Part shown: positions 16,208 through 26,148 of the stretch, piece by piece
Numbering within the stretch: the stretch's first letter is position 1
Layout: the number at the start of each line of letters is the position of its first letter
From: Bacilli bacterium
Lineage (GTDB): Bacteria > Bacillota_I > Bacilli_A > RF39 > UBA660
Assembly: GCA_016293205.1 (NCBI GenBank)
Contig: JAEDES010000004.1
Span: forward strand, 4,321-68,320
Length of the DNA: 64,000 nucleotides
Direction: 5' to 3'
Translations under genes and position numbers: made by a program
The notes under the pieces: generated by a model
What the model was told of the DNA's origin: nothing
The model's input: the letters and a program-made list of their open reading frames with translations, nothing else
Databases searched by the model: none

Positions 16208-17557
16208 TTATATTTTTACTTTCAATACATATTTTTTTGTTGATATATAATTTATTATCATTATAATACAAGATGTGAAACTTTTTCTTATAAAATTTTG
16301 ATTAAAAACACTAAATATTATATTGATTAATATATCTGTAAGTAATATGAATGAGTTATTAATTAAATATCTATTTTTTCTTAAAATTAATCTTCTACTG
16401 CATGACAATTTGATTGATATAGTTTCAAACATGATTGATATTATTGTTGAAATTATGGATGCAATCATATAATTAGTTATTGATAAGTTTAATATTAGAA
16501 AAGAAATTATATTAACAATACATGATAAAAACATAATAATTAGTAATAAATTATTTACAATTATTTCATATATTTTGTTTAAATAAGGCTTTTTTGCCAT
16601 TCTATATTTAATTATAGAAAATAATCTATGTCTATCTTTGAAAAATAAATACAATAGTTTTGTTTGTTTTTTATATTTTTTAGACATTACTGGATTTTCT
16701 TCTAACATTTTGTTATATAAATCCATTTGTTTGTTTCTTTTATATGCATCTAATGAACCATAATATATCCACTTTTTGATATCCCTGAAATAATCTTCAT
16801 CTAAATTAAATTCTTTATCTACAGCTTTGTAAAAATTATAGTACTTATATCCATATTTTAGGAAAAATTCATCCTGTTTTCCTGGCTGACTTGTTAACCA
16901 CCACATTCCTGCTTCGTGCCTTCTATATTTAGACATGGGTTTTTCTATTAGTTTTGCTTTACTATTATGAATGTGATATAAATGAACAAAAAAGTCACCC
17001 GGAATTACATCTTTTGGAAAAACTTCTTTAAATGAATTTTCTTTTCTAAATTTCCATCTATATACAATAGTGTTTGTTACTATGGGATTATCTTTAGATA
17101 TATCATCAAATGTAAAAACTGTTTTACCCAAGTTTAGTGGAAAAATTTCTTCTTCTTTACTTTTATTTTGCCAAAAAATTGTTGTTTGATGAAAACATAT
17201 ATTAAAATCTTTATTTTTATCTAAAAAATCTACTTGTTGTTGAAGTTTTGTATCATCGGTCCAAAAATCATCTCCATCACATAAAGCAACATACTCTGTG
17301 TGTATACCATTTAAGGTTTCTATAAAATTATCCATTGGTCCTAAATTTTTTTTTCGATAAATAGGTTTTACAATATCAGGATATTTTTGTTGGTATTCTT
17401 TTAATATTTTGCGAGTATTATCTGTTGAACAGTCATCACTAACAATTACTTGAAATGGAAAATTTGTTTTCTGATTTACAATCCCATTCAAGCATTGAGC
17501 TATATAGTTTTCTTGATTATATGTTGGAACTGATACTGTTAATTTATACTTCACCAT
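16208..17557 (-). CDS. GT2 glycosyltransferase fused to a C-terminal GtrA-like four-helix membrane module
   Basis: VSVPTYNQENYI...VSDDCSTDNT...DGDDFW (GT-A with DxD). The last ~125 aa are hydrophobic and end INYISTKKYVLKV, a GtrA-like C-terminus. Start at the ATG at 17555-17557 after AGGTGA. Confidence 0.75.
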   Translation of the reverse strand: MVKYKLTVSVPTYNQENYIAQCLNGIVNQKTNFPFQVIVSDDCSTDNTRKILKEYQQKYPDIVKPIYRKKNLGPMDNFIETLNGIHTEYVALCDGDDFWTDDTKLQQQVDFLDKNKDFNICFHQTTIFWQNKSKEEEIFPLNLGKTVFTFDDISKDNPIVTNTIVYRWKFRKENSFKEVFPKDVIPGDFFVHLYHIHNSKAKLIEKPMSKYRRHEAGMWWLTSQPGKQDEFFLKYGYKYYNFYKAVDKEFNLDEDYFRDIKKWIYYGSLDAYKRNKQMDLYNKMLEENPVMSKKYKKQTKLLYLFFKDRHRLFSIIKYRMAKKPYLNKIYEIIVNNLLLIIMFLSCIVNIISFLILNLSITNYMIASIISTIISIMFETISIKLSCSRRLILRKNRYLINNSFILLTDILINIIFSVFNQNFIRKSFTSCIIMIINYISTKKYVLKVKI

Positions 17558-18110
17558 TATTTTCACCTATTCGCTTTACTAACTGTTTTATATTTTTTTC
17601 TCGAGGTTTAATAGTTTTTACTGGTATACCTACATTTATTGTCCATTCATCTAGTGATTTATTTACAAAGGAAAAACTACCTGTTGCTGCGCCTTCGTGT
17701 AATGTTACATTAGGTAGAACTATACTGTTTGCTCCTAACTGAGAGTAATCACACATTTTTATTGGACCTTTAATCACATTTGTTAATTCTTCAGGTACCA
17801 TTGGACTAATCATATATTCTCCTGAAAAATCATCAGTTGCACTAAAAAGAGTACATCGTGGTGAGCAACCACAATAATCTCCTATTTCAATTGTTCCTCC
17901 TCCATATAATGCTGTGTATGCCGATATATGAACGTAATTTCCTATTGTAATATTGCCTGATAAGATACAAAAATCATCTATTCTCACATTATTTCCTATT
18001 TTAATTTTATTAGCACCATATATGCTTGCTTTCTTACTTATTGATACATTATCTCCTATTGATGCTAGTCCCAATTCTTTCAGTTCTTCCTTTGTATAAT
18101 AACTACTCAT
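17544..18110 (-). CDS. left-handed beta-helix (hexapeptide-repeat) acyl/acetyltransferase
   Basis: Repeated [LIV]G-x4 units: IGDNVSISKKASIYGANKIKIGNNVRIDDFCILSGNITIGNYVHI. Confidence 0.8.
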   Translation of the reverse strand: MSSYYTKEELKELGLASIGDNVSISKKASIYGANKIKIGNNVRIDDFCILSGNITIGNYVHISAYTALYGGGTIEIGDYCGCSPRCTLFSATDDFSGEYMISPMVPEELTNVIKGPIKMCDYSQLGANSIVLPNVTLHEGAATGSFSFVNKSLDEWTINVGIPVKTIKPREKNIKQLVKRIGENNGEV

Positions 18111-18124
18111 ATATTACTCCTTAC

Positions 18125-19720
18125 CTACTTATTTATTTTTAATATATTCTTAATATAATCTATTTTTTCCTGTTTATTTTCTGGGCCTAATACTTTAATT
18201 TGCTCTGGCTTACAATATTTTTTTTCAATTAAAACATCTTTAATTTTTTTACTATCTACGATAAATGATTTAAATAAAGGTGACATAACTGCATTATGTA
18301 ATTGATGCATTATGGTCATATCATCATAGTTTAATTTGTCATCTTTTGACAAAGTTATTATAAATGGTATTTTATAGCGTTCTATTATTTTTAAATTATT
18401 ATATCTAAATCTTGTAAAACTTTGTAAAGTTATAAATATAGCTAAATTTTTTTTTGAATTTTTTCTATAAATATCTAATAGATCATCCGATTTTGCACTG
18501 ATGGCTAAGTTACTTATTTTTTTATTTTTTCTATTAAATGCTTTTATCTTATCTTGTTCAGCATTTGAAATAACTAATACTCTACTAAAATTTGACCAAT
18601 AATTTTTAATTTCATCACATTTTGGTGATTCCTCTTCTATATATGATTCATCAAATATGTACAATGAATCTTTTCTTTTAATAGAATTAAATTTTTTTAA
18701 TGCTATTCTATATAATATTCTATAGAAATCTTTTTTTATGATGAAATTTTTATTATTTTTAATAAAGCTTATATTATTTTCAGCAAAACTATTCTTTGTG
18801 TCCTTTAATATATTTTTTGATAACGACTTTAAATATTCTTCTAAGAATGGTGTTCTTGTAGCATATTTAAACCAAACTTCTGCTTTTGTGCAATCTGGAT
18901 TTTTCCATGGTTTTATCCTAGTTGCATAGTGCAGTTGTATCGGATGTTCCATTGCTTCTTTTATTTCTTTATATGTATAATTACTATCTGTTTGCATATC
19001 TTCGTCTGTTTGATAATAATCCCACATATAACTGCAAGCAACGTATGCTAATGGTAGATGTTTAATTTTTCCATAACAGCATATATTAAATATATCCTGT
19101 TCCATTTGGTTTAATCTATAGCCATTGTTAGCAAAGAAATTTATAAACACTTCTTCCATGTTATCTTTTCTAATTTTTTTTAAATTAGCTACTAAGTAAC
19201 CGCCACAAATAGTACCAATTTTCTTTATTTCTTCTTCAGTCCACTTTTCTTTATATGTTTCTAAATAATTATTAATTTTACCTATTGGCTTTACTCCTGC
19301 AAGATAGCAATCTTCATTACAATCAAATTCAGTATAGCTTTTTGATATATCACCAACGAAAACTACATCTACATCACTTACAATTATTTTGTCATATTGT
19401 GGAAAAATAGAAGCTATTAATATTTTATACATTACTTCTTTTGAAAAATGACCTTCACTATATGCTTTTTTCCATAAATCTTCAAATCTATGTTCCATAT
19501 TTATAAAATCTAATTTTGCTATATTACTATAGTCTTTTATTGTTTCTTGTAGTTTAATTTGCTGATATTTGTTTATATCAGAATGTAATATAAAAAAATG
19601 ATAATCATAATTTTTATCAGCATTTTCTAATATTGATAAGAAAGTTACCGCCGCTGGTATAACATAATTTTTATCAAAACAAAACATCACTGGTATTTCC
19701 ATTTTATTATTTTTAGACAT
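18125..19720 (-). CDS. GT8-family glycosyltransferase with a C-terminal extra domain homologous to the N-terminal half of the neighbouring GT4
   Basis: FCFDKNYVIPAAVTFLS and SDVDVVF (DxD) in the N-terminal 300 aa. The C-terminal ~185 aa align with residues ~35-240 of ORF 19738-21066. AAGGAGGG RBS. Confidence 0.75.
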   Translation of the reverse strand: MSKNNKMEIPVMFCFDKNYVIPAAVTFLSILENADKNYDYHFFILHSDINKYQQIKLQETIKDYSNIAKLDFINMEHRFEDLWKKAYSEGHFSKEVMYKILIASIFPQYDKIIVSDVDVVFVGDISKSYTEFDCNEDCYLAGVKPIGKINNYLETYKEKWTEEEIKKIGTICGGYLVANLKKIRKDNMEEVFINFFANNGYRLNQMEQDIFNICCYGKIKHLPLAYVACSYMWDYYQTDEDMQTDSNYTYKEIKEAMEHPIQLHYATRIKPWKNPDCTKAEVWFKYATRTPFLEEYLKSLSKNILKDTKNSFAENNISFIKNNKNFIIKKDFYRILYRIALKKFNSIKRKDSLYIFDESYIEEESPKCDEIKNYWSNFSRVLVISNAEQDKIKAFNRKNKKISNLAISAKSDDLLDIYRKNSKKNLAIFITLQSFTRFRYNNLKIIERYKIPFIITLSKDDKLNYDDMTIMHQLHNAVMSPLFKSFIVDSKKIKDVLIEKKYCKPEQIKVLGPENKQEKIDYIKNILKINK

Positions 19721-19737
19721 ATTTTGCCCTCCTTCAC

Positions 19738-21066
19738 TTACTTATTTGTCTTTTCTTTCATTATTTCTTTTAAAAGATTTGACCTTTCATAAACCTGTTT
19801 TTCAAGAGAATAAATTCTTTTTGCTTTTTTACATCCACTTGTTGCAATTTCTTTTATTTTTTGTTTATTTAGATAAAAATATTCTATCGTTTTAGCTACT
19901 TTAGTGGCATCTAAATCAGTAATAATGATATCTTTATCAGGTGTAAATTTTATATTTTGCTTTAATTCGTCGGATGCTATTAATAGCAATCCATTAAGCA
20001 TAGCTTCTGAAGCACTAGCAGTAGGAAAACCATCAAATGCACCTTTACTAAGCAATGAACTTCTATTTAACGAAATAAATATGTCTTTATCCTTATAAAA
20101 ATCCATAAACCAATCTGTTCTTTGGGGACCATAAAAGGTTATATTTTCTTTTATATCTGAAACATTTATATCCGATTCATCAAATGGTCCTACTACATGA
20201 AATTTTATGTTCTTATATTTATTCACTAGTTTTTTTGCTATATTTATAAATAAGTCATAGCCCTTATCTAAACCTTTTTCCATATATTTGTAAGCACAAA
20301 AGCAAATATCTAATGTATCTTTTTCTTTCGAGTAATATATCTTATTTCTAATATCAACATTTAACTGTTTTGGTGAAGTAACGACTCCATATATCATTTT
20401 AATTTTGTCACTACGGCAAAGTTTTTTTTCTAATAAATATCTTCTAGTAACTTGTTGAGTAACAATTACTTTTTTAAACAGTTTTGAAGACATTGCTTTG
20501 CGTAATATTTCATCAGAATTTTCATTATTTAAAGCAAATCCTCCTCCTGGATACAATGTAAATACAAATGGAATACTATATTCCTCTAATAATATTAAAT
20601 TATTATGATATGAGTTTATTATATTTTGTATAAATGTTATAATTGCAAGATTCTTATTAGCATTTTTAGCTATTCTTTTTAGAAATCTTTTTTCTATATT
20701 ATTTAGAGGTAAAATAATAAACTTATCCTTTCTATCTTTATATTTCTTTTGATATTTATCTATTATTTCTTCAATCGTGTCATTTACTTTTAATGCTGGT
20801 AGAGACGTTCCAGTTGTTAATACTATCACATTTTCAAATTCTTTAAAATAGTGTTGATATTCAGTATATCTAAAACTTGATAAATCACATGGAAAGACAT
20901 CATCAAAAATATACAATATATCTTTATTTTTTAGTTTTTTTGAAAGACTTTTTAGATTAATAATTCTTGCTAGTAATTTGTAAAAACTTTTATTAAAAAG
21001 AAATAGTGGATTTCGTTTAATGTATCTAAGAATATAAAATATTCTAGTATTTCTAAATCTATTCAA
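19738..21066 (-). CDS. GT4 (GT-B fold) glycosyltransferase
   Basis: C-terminal GFPTASASEAMLNGLLLIASD (EX7E-type region). The start codon appears to be TTG (21064-21066), and no alternative ATG lies nearby. Confidence 0.7.
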   Translation of the reverse strand: MNRFRNTRIFYILRYIKRNPLFLFNKSFYKLLARIINLKSLSKKLKNKDILYIFDDVFPCDLSSFRYTEYQHYFKEFENVIVLTTGTSLPALKVNDTIEEIIDKYQKKYKDRKDKFIILPLNNIEKRFLKRIAKNANKNLAIITFIQNIINSYHNNLILLEEYSIPFVFTLYPGGGFALNNENSDEILRKAMSSKLFKKVIVTQQVTRRYLLEKKLCRSDKIKMIYGVVTSPKQLNVDIRNKIYYSKEKDTLDICFCAYKYMEKGLDKGYDLFINIAKKLVNKYKNIKFHVVGPFDESDINVSDIKENITFYGPQRTDWFMDFYKDKDIFISLNRSSLLSKGAFDGFPTASASEAMLNGLLLIASDELKQNIKFTPDKDIIITDLDATKVAKTIEYFYLNKQKIKEIATSGCKKAKRIYSLEKQVYERSNLLKEIMKEKTNK

Positions 21067-21086
21067 CCTTTTTTATCCTTTATTTA

Positions 21087-22166
21087 TTATCTTTTTATTG
21101 TCTTTCTTATTACCTTACAAATTTCTTTTACATTTTCATCTTCTAAATCGGGATATAGGGGTAGACAAGCAATTCTTCTGGATACATCTTCTGAAACAGG
21201 ACATGGTTCATATGTTGCTAAATATGGTAATTCATTAAGTGTCGGATAAAAATATCTTCTTGGAAATATTTCTTCTTTATGTAAGGCATCAAATACACTT
21301 AATAATTCTTCCTCATTTCTAAATATTACTGGATAATATGCATAGTTATATTTCAAGTTTTCTACTTCTGCCGGTCTATCAAGTTGACCTTCTAATAGTA
21401 AGTCATACAATTCACTTATTTTTTTTCTTCTTTCAATTACTTGATCAATGTAAGGATAATTTGCTAATCCCATTGCTGCATGAAATTCACTAGATTTTGC
21501 GTTTATTCCTACTTCTTGATAATTTTCTCCTACAAAACCAAACTTTTTCATTAAATCTAATTTTTTATCCACGTCTTGATTATTAGTTATACATGCTCCT
21601 CCCTCAATAGTATGATAGACTTTTGTTGCGTGAAAACTGCATGTAGAAACATCGCCATATGATAACAATGATTTCCCCTCATATTCTGTTCCAAACGCAT
21701 GTGCAGCATCATAGATAACCTTAATATTATGTTTATCAGCTATTTCTTTTATTTTTTTTACATCACATGGATATCCAAATACGTGTACTGCCATTATTGC
21801 TTTTGTTTTATCAGTTATTTTATCTTCAATTTTAGAGGGATCTATTTCTAATGTTTTTGGATCAATGTCAACAAATACTGGTGTGCAATGTTCCCATAGA
21901 ATTGATGTTGTAGTTGCTGCAAAAGAAAATGGGGTTGTTATTATTTCGCCTTCTTTTATATCTAGTGCATGTATTGCCAATTGTAGAGCAATTGTTCCAT
22001 TATTTACATAATGAAAGTATGGAACATTTAAAAAGTTTTTTAGTTTTTTTTCTAATTCTTGTACGCAAGGTCCTTGATTAGTTAAATAACCAGATTCCCA
22101 TATTTTTTTTATATATGCTTCATATTCTTCATATGGAGGCATAAAACTTTTTGTTACGTTTATCAT
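21087..22166 (-). CDS. DegT/DnrJ/EryC1/StrS-family PLP-dependent sugar aminotransferase
   Basis: GYLTNQGPCVQELE, DAAHAFG and SFHATKVYHTIEGG (PLP lysine). Confidence 0.9.
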   Translation of the reverse strand: MINVTKSFMPPYEEYEAYIKKIWESGYLTNQGPCVQELEKKLKNFLNVPYFHYVNNGTIALQLAIHALDIKEGEIITTPFSFAATTTSILWEHCTPVFVDIDPKTLEIDPSKIEDKITDKTKAIMAVHVFGYPCDVKKIKEIADKHNIKVIYDAAHAFGTEYEGKSLLSYGDVSTCSFHATKVYHTIEGGACITNNQDVDKKLDLMKKFGFVGENYQEVGINAKSSEFHAAMGLANYPYIDQVIERRKKISELYDLLLEGQLDRPAEVENLKYNYAYYPVIFRNEEELLSVFDALHKEEIFPRRYFYPTLNELPYLATYEPCPVSEDVSRRIACLPLYPDLEDENVKEICKVIRKTIKR

Positions 22167-22176
22167 ATTTATCTCC

Positions 22177-23181
22177 TTATGCCTTATAACTTTCTTTATA
22201 TTTTCCTGTTTTTATATTATTTATCCAATCTTGGTTAGAAACATACCAATCGATTGTTTCTTTTATTCCATCTTCAAAATTATATGTTCTTTCCCAACCA
22301 AGTTCTTTTTCAACTTTTGATGAATCAATTGCGTACCTTAAATCATGTCCAGGTCTATCAGTTACAAATGTTATTAAACTTTCTGGTTTATTAAGTTGCT
22401 TTAGTATTGTTTTTACAACATCTAAATTTGTTCTTTCGCTATGTCCGCCTAAATTGTAAACCTCACCGATTTTTCCATTTCTTAAGATTAAATCTACTCC
22501 AACATTATGATCGTGTACATGAATCCAATCTCTAACATTTTCGCCTTTTCCGTATACTGGAATTGGTTCATCATTTAACGCTTTACTTATTACTACTGGA
22601 ATAAGTTTTTCCGGAAATTGATATGCTCCATAGTTGTTTGAACATCTTGAAATAGTTGCTGGAAAATTAAACGTTCTGCAATATGCCAATACAAGCAAAT
22701 CAGCACTTGCTTTAGATGCAGAATAAGGACTTGATGTATGAATTGGATTATTTTCAGTAAATAGTAGGTCAGTTCTATCTAATGGTAAATCTCCATATAC
22801 TTCGTCAGTTGATACTTGATGATATCTTTTAACATCATGTCTTCTGCATGCATCCATTAGTGTTTGTGTTCCAATGATATTAGTTGTTAAGAATATACTT
22901 GGATTTTTGATAGAATTATCAACGTGACTTTCAGCTGCAAAATTAATTACAGCATCAAACTTTTCTTCATCAAATAATTTTTCTACTAACTCTTTGTCTG
23001 TTATATCTCCTTTAACAAATTTAAAATTTTTCTTATCAGCAATTGGTTTTAAGTTTTCATAGTTACCAGCATATGTTAATGCATCTAAACATACATAAAA
23101 GTCTTCTTCATACTTATTAACTACATAATGTAGGTAATTACTTCCTATAAACCCTGCTCCACCTGTTACTAATATTTTCAT
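22177..23181 (-). CDS. rfbB: dTDP-glucose 4,6-dehydratase
   Basis: GGAGFIGSN, STDEVYGD, YSASKA (YxxxK), and RPGHDLRYAID near the C-terminus. Confidence 0.95.
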   Translation of the reverse strand: MKILVTGGAGFIGSNYLHYVVNKYEEDFYVCLDALTYAGNYENLKPIADKKNFKFVKGDITDKELVEKLFDEEKFDAVINFAAESHVDNSIKNPSIFLTTNIIGTQTLMDACRRHDVKRYHQVSTDEVYGDLPLDRTDLLFTENNPIHTSSPYSASKASADLLVLAYCRTFNFPATISRCSNNYGAYQFPEKLIPVVISKALNDEPIPVYGKGENVRDWIHVHDHNVGVDLILRNGKIGEVYNLGGHSERTNLDVVKTILKQLNKPESLITFVTDRPGHDLRYAIDSSKVEKELGWERTYNFEDGIKETIDWYVSNQDWINNIKTGKYKESYKA

Positions 23182-23225
23182 AAATTACCTCCTTATTAGC
23201 TTTGGCATTTTAAAGCTATATATTT

Positions 23226-23253
23226 ATTATACTATATTTATCATATCTATCAA
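23226..23253 (-). promoter_or_regulatory. promoter of the rfbB-to-ASCH unit
   Basis: Minus strand: TTGATA (23253-23248), 16 nt, TATAAT (23231-23226). A 7-bp stem (TAGCTTT...AAAGCTA) lies between the promoter and the RBS. Confidence 0.55.
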
Positions 23254-23453
23254 AGAAAAAAGTTGAATACTATCTTTAAAAGGAATCCTATAAAGAGATA
23301 TTTAGTAAAAAGAGAAACAAATTTTACGGTTTTTATCACGTACTTTTTACACAAATTATGTAATATGAATTGATCTTGTGAAGTAATTGATACAATAAAA
23401 ACTAGAATTTTTATAGTCAAGCTAAAGATATTAGAATAAAAAATGTGCTAATA

Positions 23454-23486
23454 AAAATGACTTCGATAAAATACCGAAATCATTTT
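23454..23486 (-). terminator. terminator after the 844-aa membrane protein gene
   Basis: AAATGATTTCG-loop-CGAAGTCATTT (10 of 11 bp paired), followed by a T-rich run on minus. Confidence 0.55.
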
Positions 23487-23557
23487 ATTTGCTTCTATTA
23501 TTTAAAATTTACCTTTTAATTAATCTTAAAAGTGTAATGATTTTTAAGTAATATATT

Positions 23558-26092
23558 TTAATTATCTATTAGCAGTAAAAATATTTCTGATGCTGTCCAC
23601 ATGTGTGATAAATATAAGTTTTTTTCACAATAATATTTTGAAACAAAGCATTCATTTTTTATTTTTCCTGGTGTTGTTGTATCTCCACCTTCATAACTCA
23701 ATGGGTATATTTCATCTAAAATATACACTGTACCATATTGTTTATAATGATATGATGCCCAACTTAAATATGGATATATTCTCGAATCAAATGGTTCGGA
23801 TGTGCTAATTCGATCAGAGTACCAAGTTAGCATTGCATATCCATCATCAAATTTTGGAGGAGTTAAATCGAGATTAATGCCTACTTTTTTTGCTCCATAT
23901 AGTGCAAGAACAGTTGGATAATATTTTTGGACTAATCCATCTACATTCCCTTCAATGGTTCCATCAGATGATTTTAGGTGCTCAATTTCTCTGATAATTT
24001 CTTTGACTAAATCATCACGCTTAACACCTGTTGCTCCAATCATATATAATAGTTCCCCTAAGTTATCTGTTTCATCAATATCTTCACTTCTCGAATTATC
24101 ATATATTTTTGTTTCTTTTTGTAACCATGGTACCAAAAGGCTCGTATTGTTTGTATATTCTAATACCATTGTACCTAGCATTCCATCCCTATACCATGGT
24201 GTTGTATACCCAAATAAATTAGGTTTTGGTACACTCCCATCTATATTAAATAATATTTCTTGATGTAATACTTTTAATACCTCTGAAAATTCATGATCTT
24301 TAAATTCTGGTAAATTTATTTTTAAATTACCTTTACTAAATGTTTCCACTTTATTATTGTCATCAATGAAAACGCCTTCTTCATTTTCATATATTTTAAT
24401 TATATTTCCATCTTTTTGTTTTAATAAAACCGTATACTCATTTGGAATAATTAATTCTTCTTCATATTCATATTTTCTCAGAACTTCCTGAGTTTTTAAA
24501 TCTATTAGCTTTCCTTTTTTATAAACAACTTTTCTACGATCTGCCATTCCAAAGAAAAATATTTGTAATTTTTCATCTCTATCTGAATAAGTTCTAATCA
24601 TATGAGTGTTTTTCATTTCTTTTAGTTGATTGATATAAATTCTTAGCTTATTACTATATGCACAGTATTCATCACAATTAGTTTGAACTGGTTTAGTATT
24701 AAGAATTTTATATCCCATAAGAGAAGAAATAATGATTATTAGTATTGTTAGTAAAGCAAATACTTTTTTCTTATTAAGCGTTAATAATACAATCAATATC
24801 ATCGAAATACTTATTATAATTATTGGAAGTGCTCTTACATTTTCAATTGGATTATATAACGGATATAAAGTTTTTATTGAAATATATATACTTCTTAAAC
24901 TGCATATAATTATAAAAAATATTATTCCAAAAACAATTTTTCTATCTTTTAAATTATATAATTTATTTAATACATAGGCAGTTAATAAAATAATTAAAAA
25001 ATTATAATGCGTCATATATAAAAATGCAATATTATTTCCGTAGAATAAATGGAGTGTGAAGTTAAATATATATGTTAGTAGCATAGCATAATATATTTTG
25101 TTTTTCTTTAAATTAATTTTTTCTTTAACTATATAATAAATGTTTAAACCATAGAATAGTATTGCCATAATAATAGAAATAATTGTTTCATATATAGAAT
25201 TTGTAAATATCATATAAACACCTGTTTTGGGAATAGTTAACTTAAACAAGTTGAATGTGTCAGCAAAATTTGAGTTTAATACATTTATTATTTTCTTAAA
25301 TGAAATGTCATATGTTATATAAATAGATTCTGCTTTTGCACCGTGAAAAATGTCATATAGCATTGTATTAAAGAAGTTTGGGGCAGTTGGCCATACCAAA
25401 TTTTGTAAATCTGCTAAAAATACAGAACAAATTACAGAACATGAAATAATAAATAATGATTTTAAAAATCTTTGATCAACTTTTTTATTTAAAAATACTA
25501 TAAAGAATATAACAATAATAAATTGAATGAAATTTGTTATTGTTACTGCAATACTTCCTATTCCTAATAATATTAATATTATCATATCATTAAAGTTCAT
25601 TGGTTTATCTACTTTATGTATAGCATAGTACCATAATAGAACAAGAAATAGTTGTGCATATACATATGTTTCTATTGATGACGAAAAAATTAGTTGAGCA
25701 TAATTAAATATAAATGCAATTATTAATATATTAATTAGAGATTGTTTTTTTGTTATTTTTTCTAGTATTTTATATACTATAACTGCTGATGTTGCAGTTA
25801 TTATGCTTTGAATTAATGGTATTGTTAACGAAAAGTCATTTATGCTTAGATTAATTATTCTAACTAATGGCTGAAATAATATTACAAATAATGGATGTAC
25901 TGAAACTCTTGAGTGATTGTATGCTCGCGATGTTAAATCTCCTAATACTCTTGGACAATCCATATCAAATAAAACATTCCAAAATTTTGATGTTCCTAAA
26001 TAATATGTAATAACTAAACCTAATAAAAAATAAATGATAAAACTTGTCAGAAATATCAGAATTTCTTTCTTATACTTTTTTATAAATTTCAT
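23558..26092 (-). CDS. large polytopic membrane protein (about 12-14 TM, GT-C-like layout) with a ~380-aa C-terminal domain carrying GH15-like six-hairpin motifs
   Basis: Hydrophobic N-terminal 460 aa. The C-terminal domain contains TPWYRDGMLG, DNLGELLYM and SHMWTASEIFLLL. It is monocistronic, sitting between a promoter and a terminator. Confidence 0.6.
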   Translation of the reverse strand: MKFIKKYKKEILIFLTSFIIYFLLGLVITYYLGTSKFWNVLFDMDCPRVLGDLTSRAYNHSRVSVHPLFVILFQPLVRIINLSINDFSLTIPLIQSIITATSAVIVYKILEKITKKQSLINILIIAFIFNYAQLIFSSSIETYVYAQLFLVLLWYYAIHKVDKPMNFNDMIILILLGIGSIAVTITNFIQFIIVIFFIVFLNKKVDQRFLKSLFIISCSVICSVFLADLQNLVWPTAPNFFNTMLYDIFHGAKAESIYITYDISFKKIINVLNSNFADTFNLFKLTIPKTGVYMIFTNSIYETIISIIMAILFYGLNIYYIVKEKINLKKNKIYYAMLLTYIFNFTLHLFYGNNIAFLYMTHYNFLIILLTAYVLNKLYNLKDRKIVFGIIFFIIICSLRSIYISIKTLYPLYNPIENVRALPIIIISISMILIVLLTLNKKKVFALLTILIIIISSLMGYKILNTKPVQTNCDEYCAYSNKLRIYINQLKEMKNTHMIRTYSDRDEKLQIFFFGMADRRKVVYKKGKLIDLKTQEVLRKYEYEEELIIPNEYTVLLKQKDGNIIKIYENEEGVFIDDNNKVETFSKGNLKINLPEFKDHEFSEVLKVLHQEILFNIDGSVPKPNLFGYTTPWYRDGMLGTMVLEYTNNTSLLVPWLQKETKIYDNSRSEDIDETDNLGELLYMIGATGVKRDDLVKEIIREIEHLKSSDGTIEGNVDGLVQKYYPTVLALYGAKKVGINLDLTPPKFDDGYAMLTWYSDRISTSEPFDSRIYPYLSWASYHYKQYGTVYILDEIYPLSYEGGDTTTPGKIKNECFVSKYYCEKNLYLSHMWTASEIFLLLIDN

Positions 26093-26120
26093 ATTAATCC
26101 TCCAAAAATAAATATAGTTT

Positions 26121-26148
26121 AATTATATCACTTTAACTATTGTTGTGA
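26121..26148 (-). promoter_or_regulatory. promoter of the 844-aa membrane protein gene
   Basis: Minus strand: TTCACA (26148-26143), 16 nt, TGATATAAT extended -10 (26129-26121). Confidence 0.65.

Noticed and set aside
23182-23557. 376-nt non-coding gap, examined for a riboswitch, small RNA or antitermination leader of the glycan operon.
   Set aside because: The gap is explained by a terminator (23454-23486) plus a promoter close to rfbB (23226-23253). That leaves only a ~35-nt leader with one small stem. I recognise no conserved riboswitch-like structure, though a second upstream promoter (TTGACT near 23415-23420) cannot be excluded.
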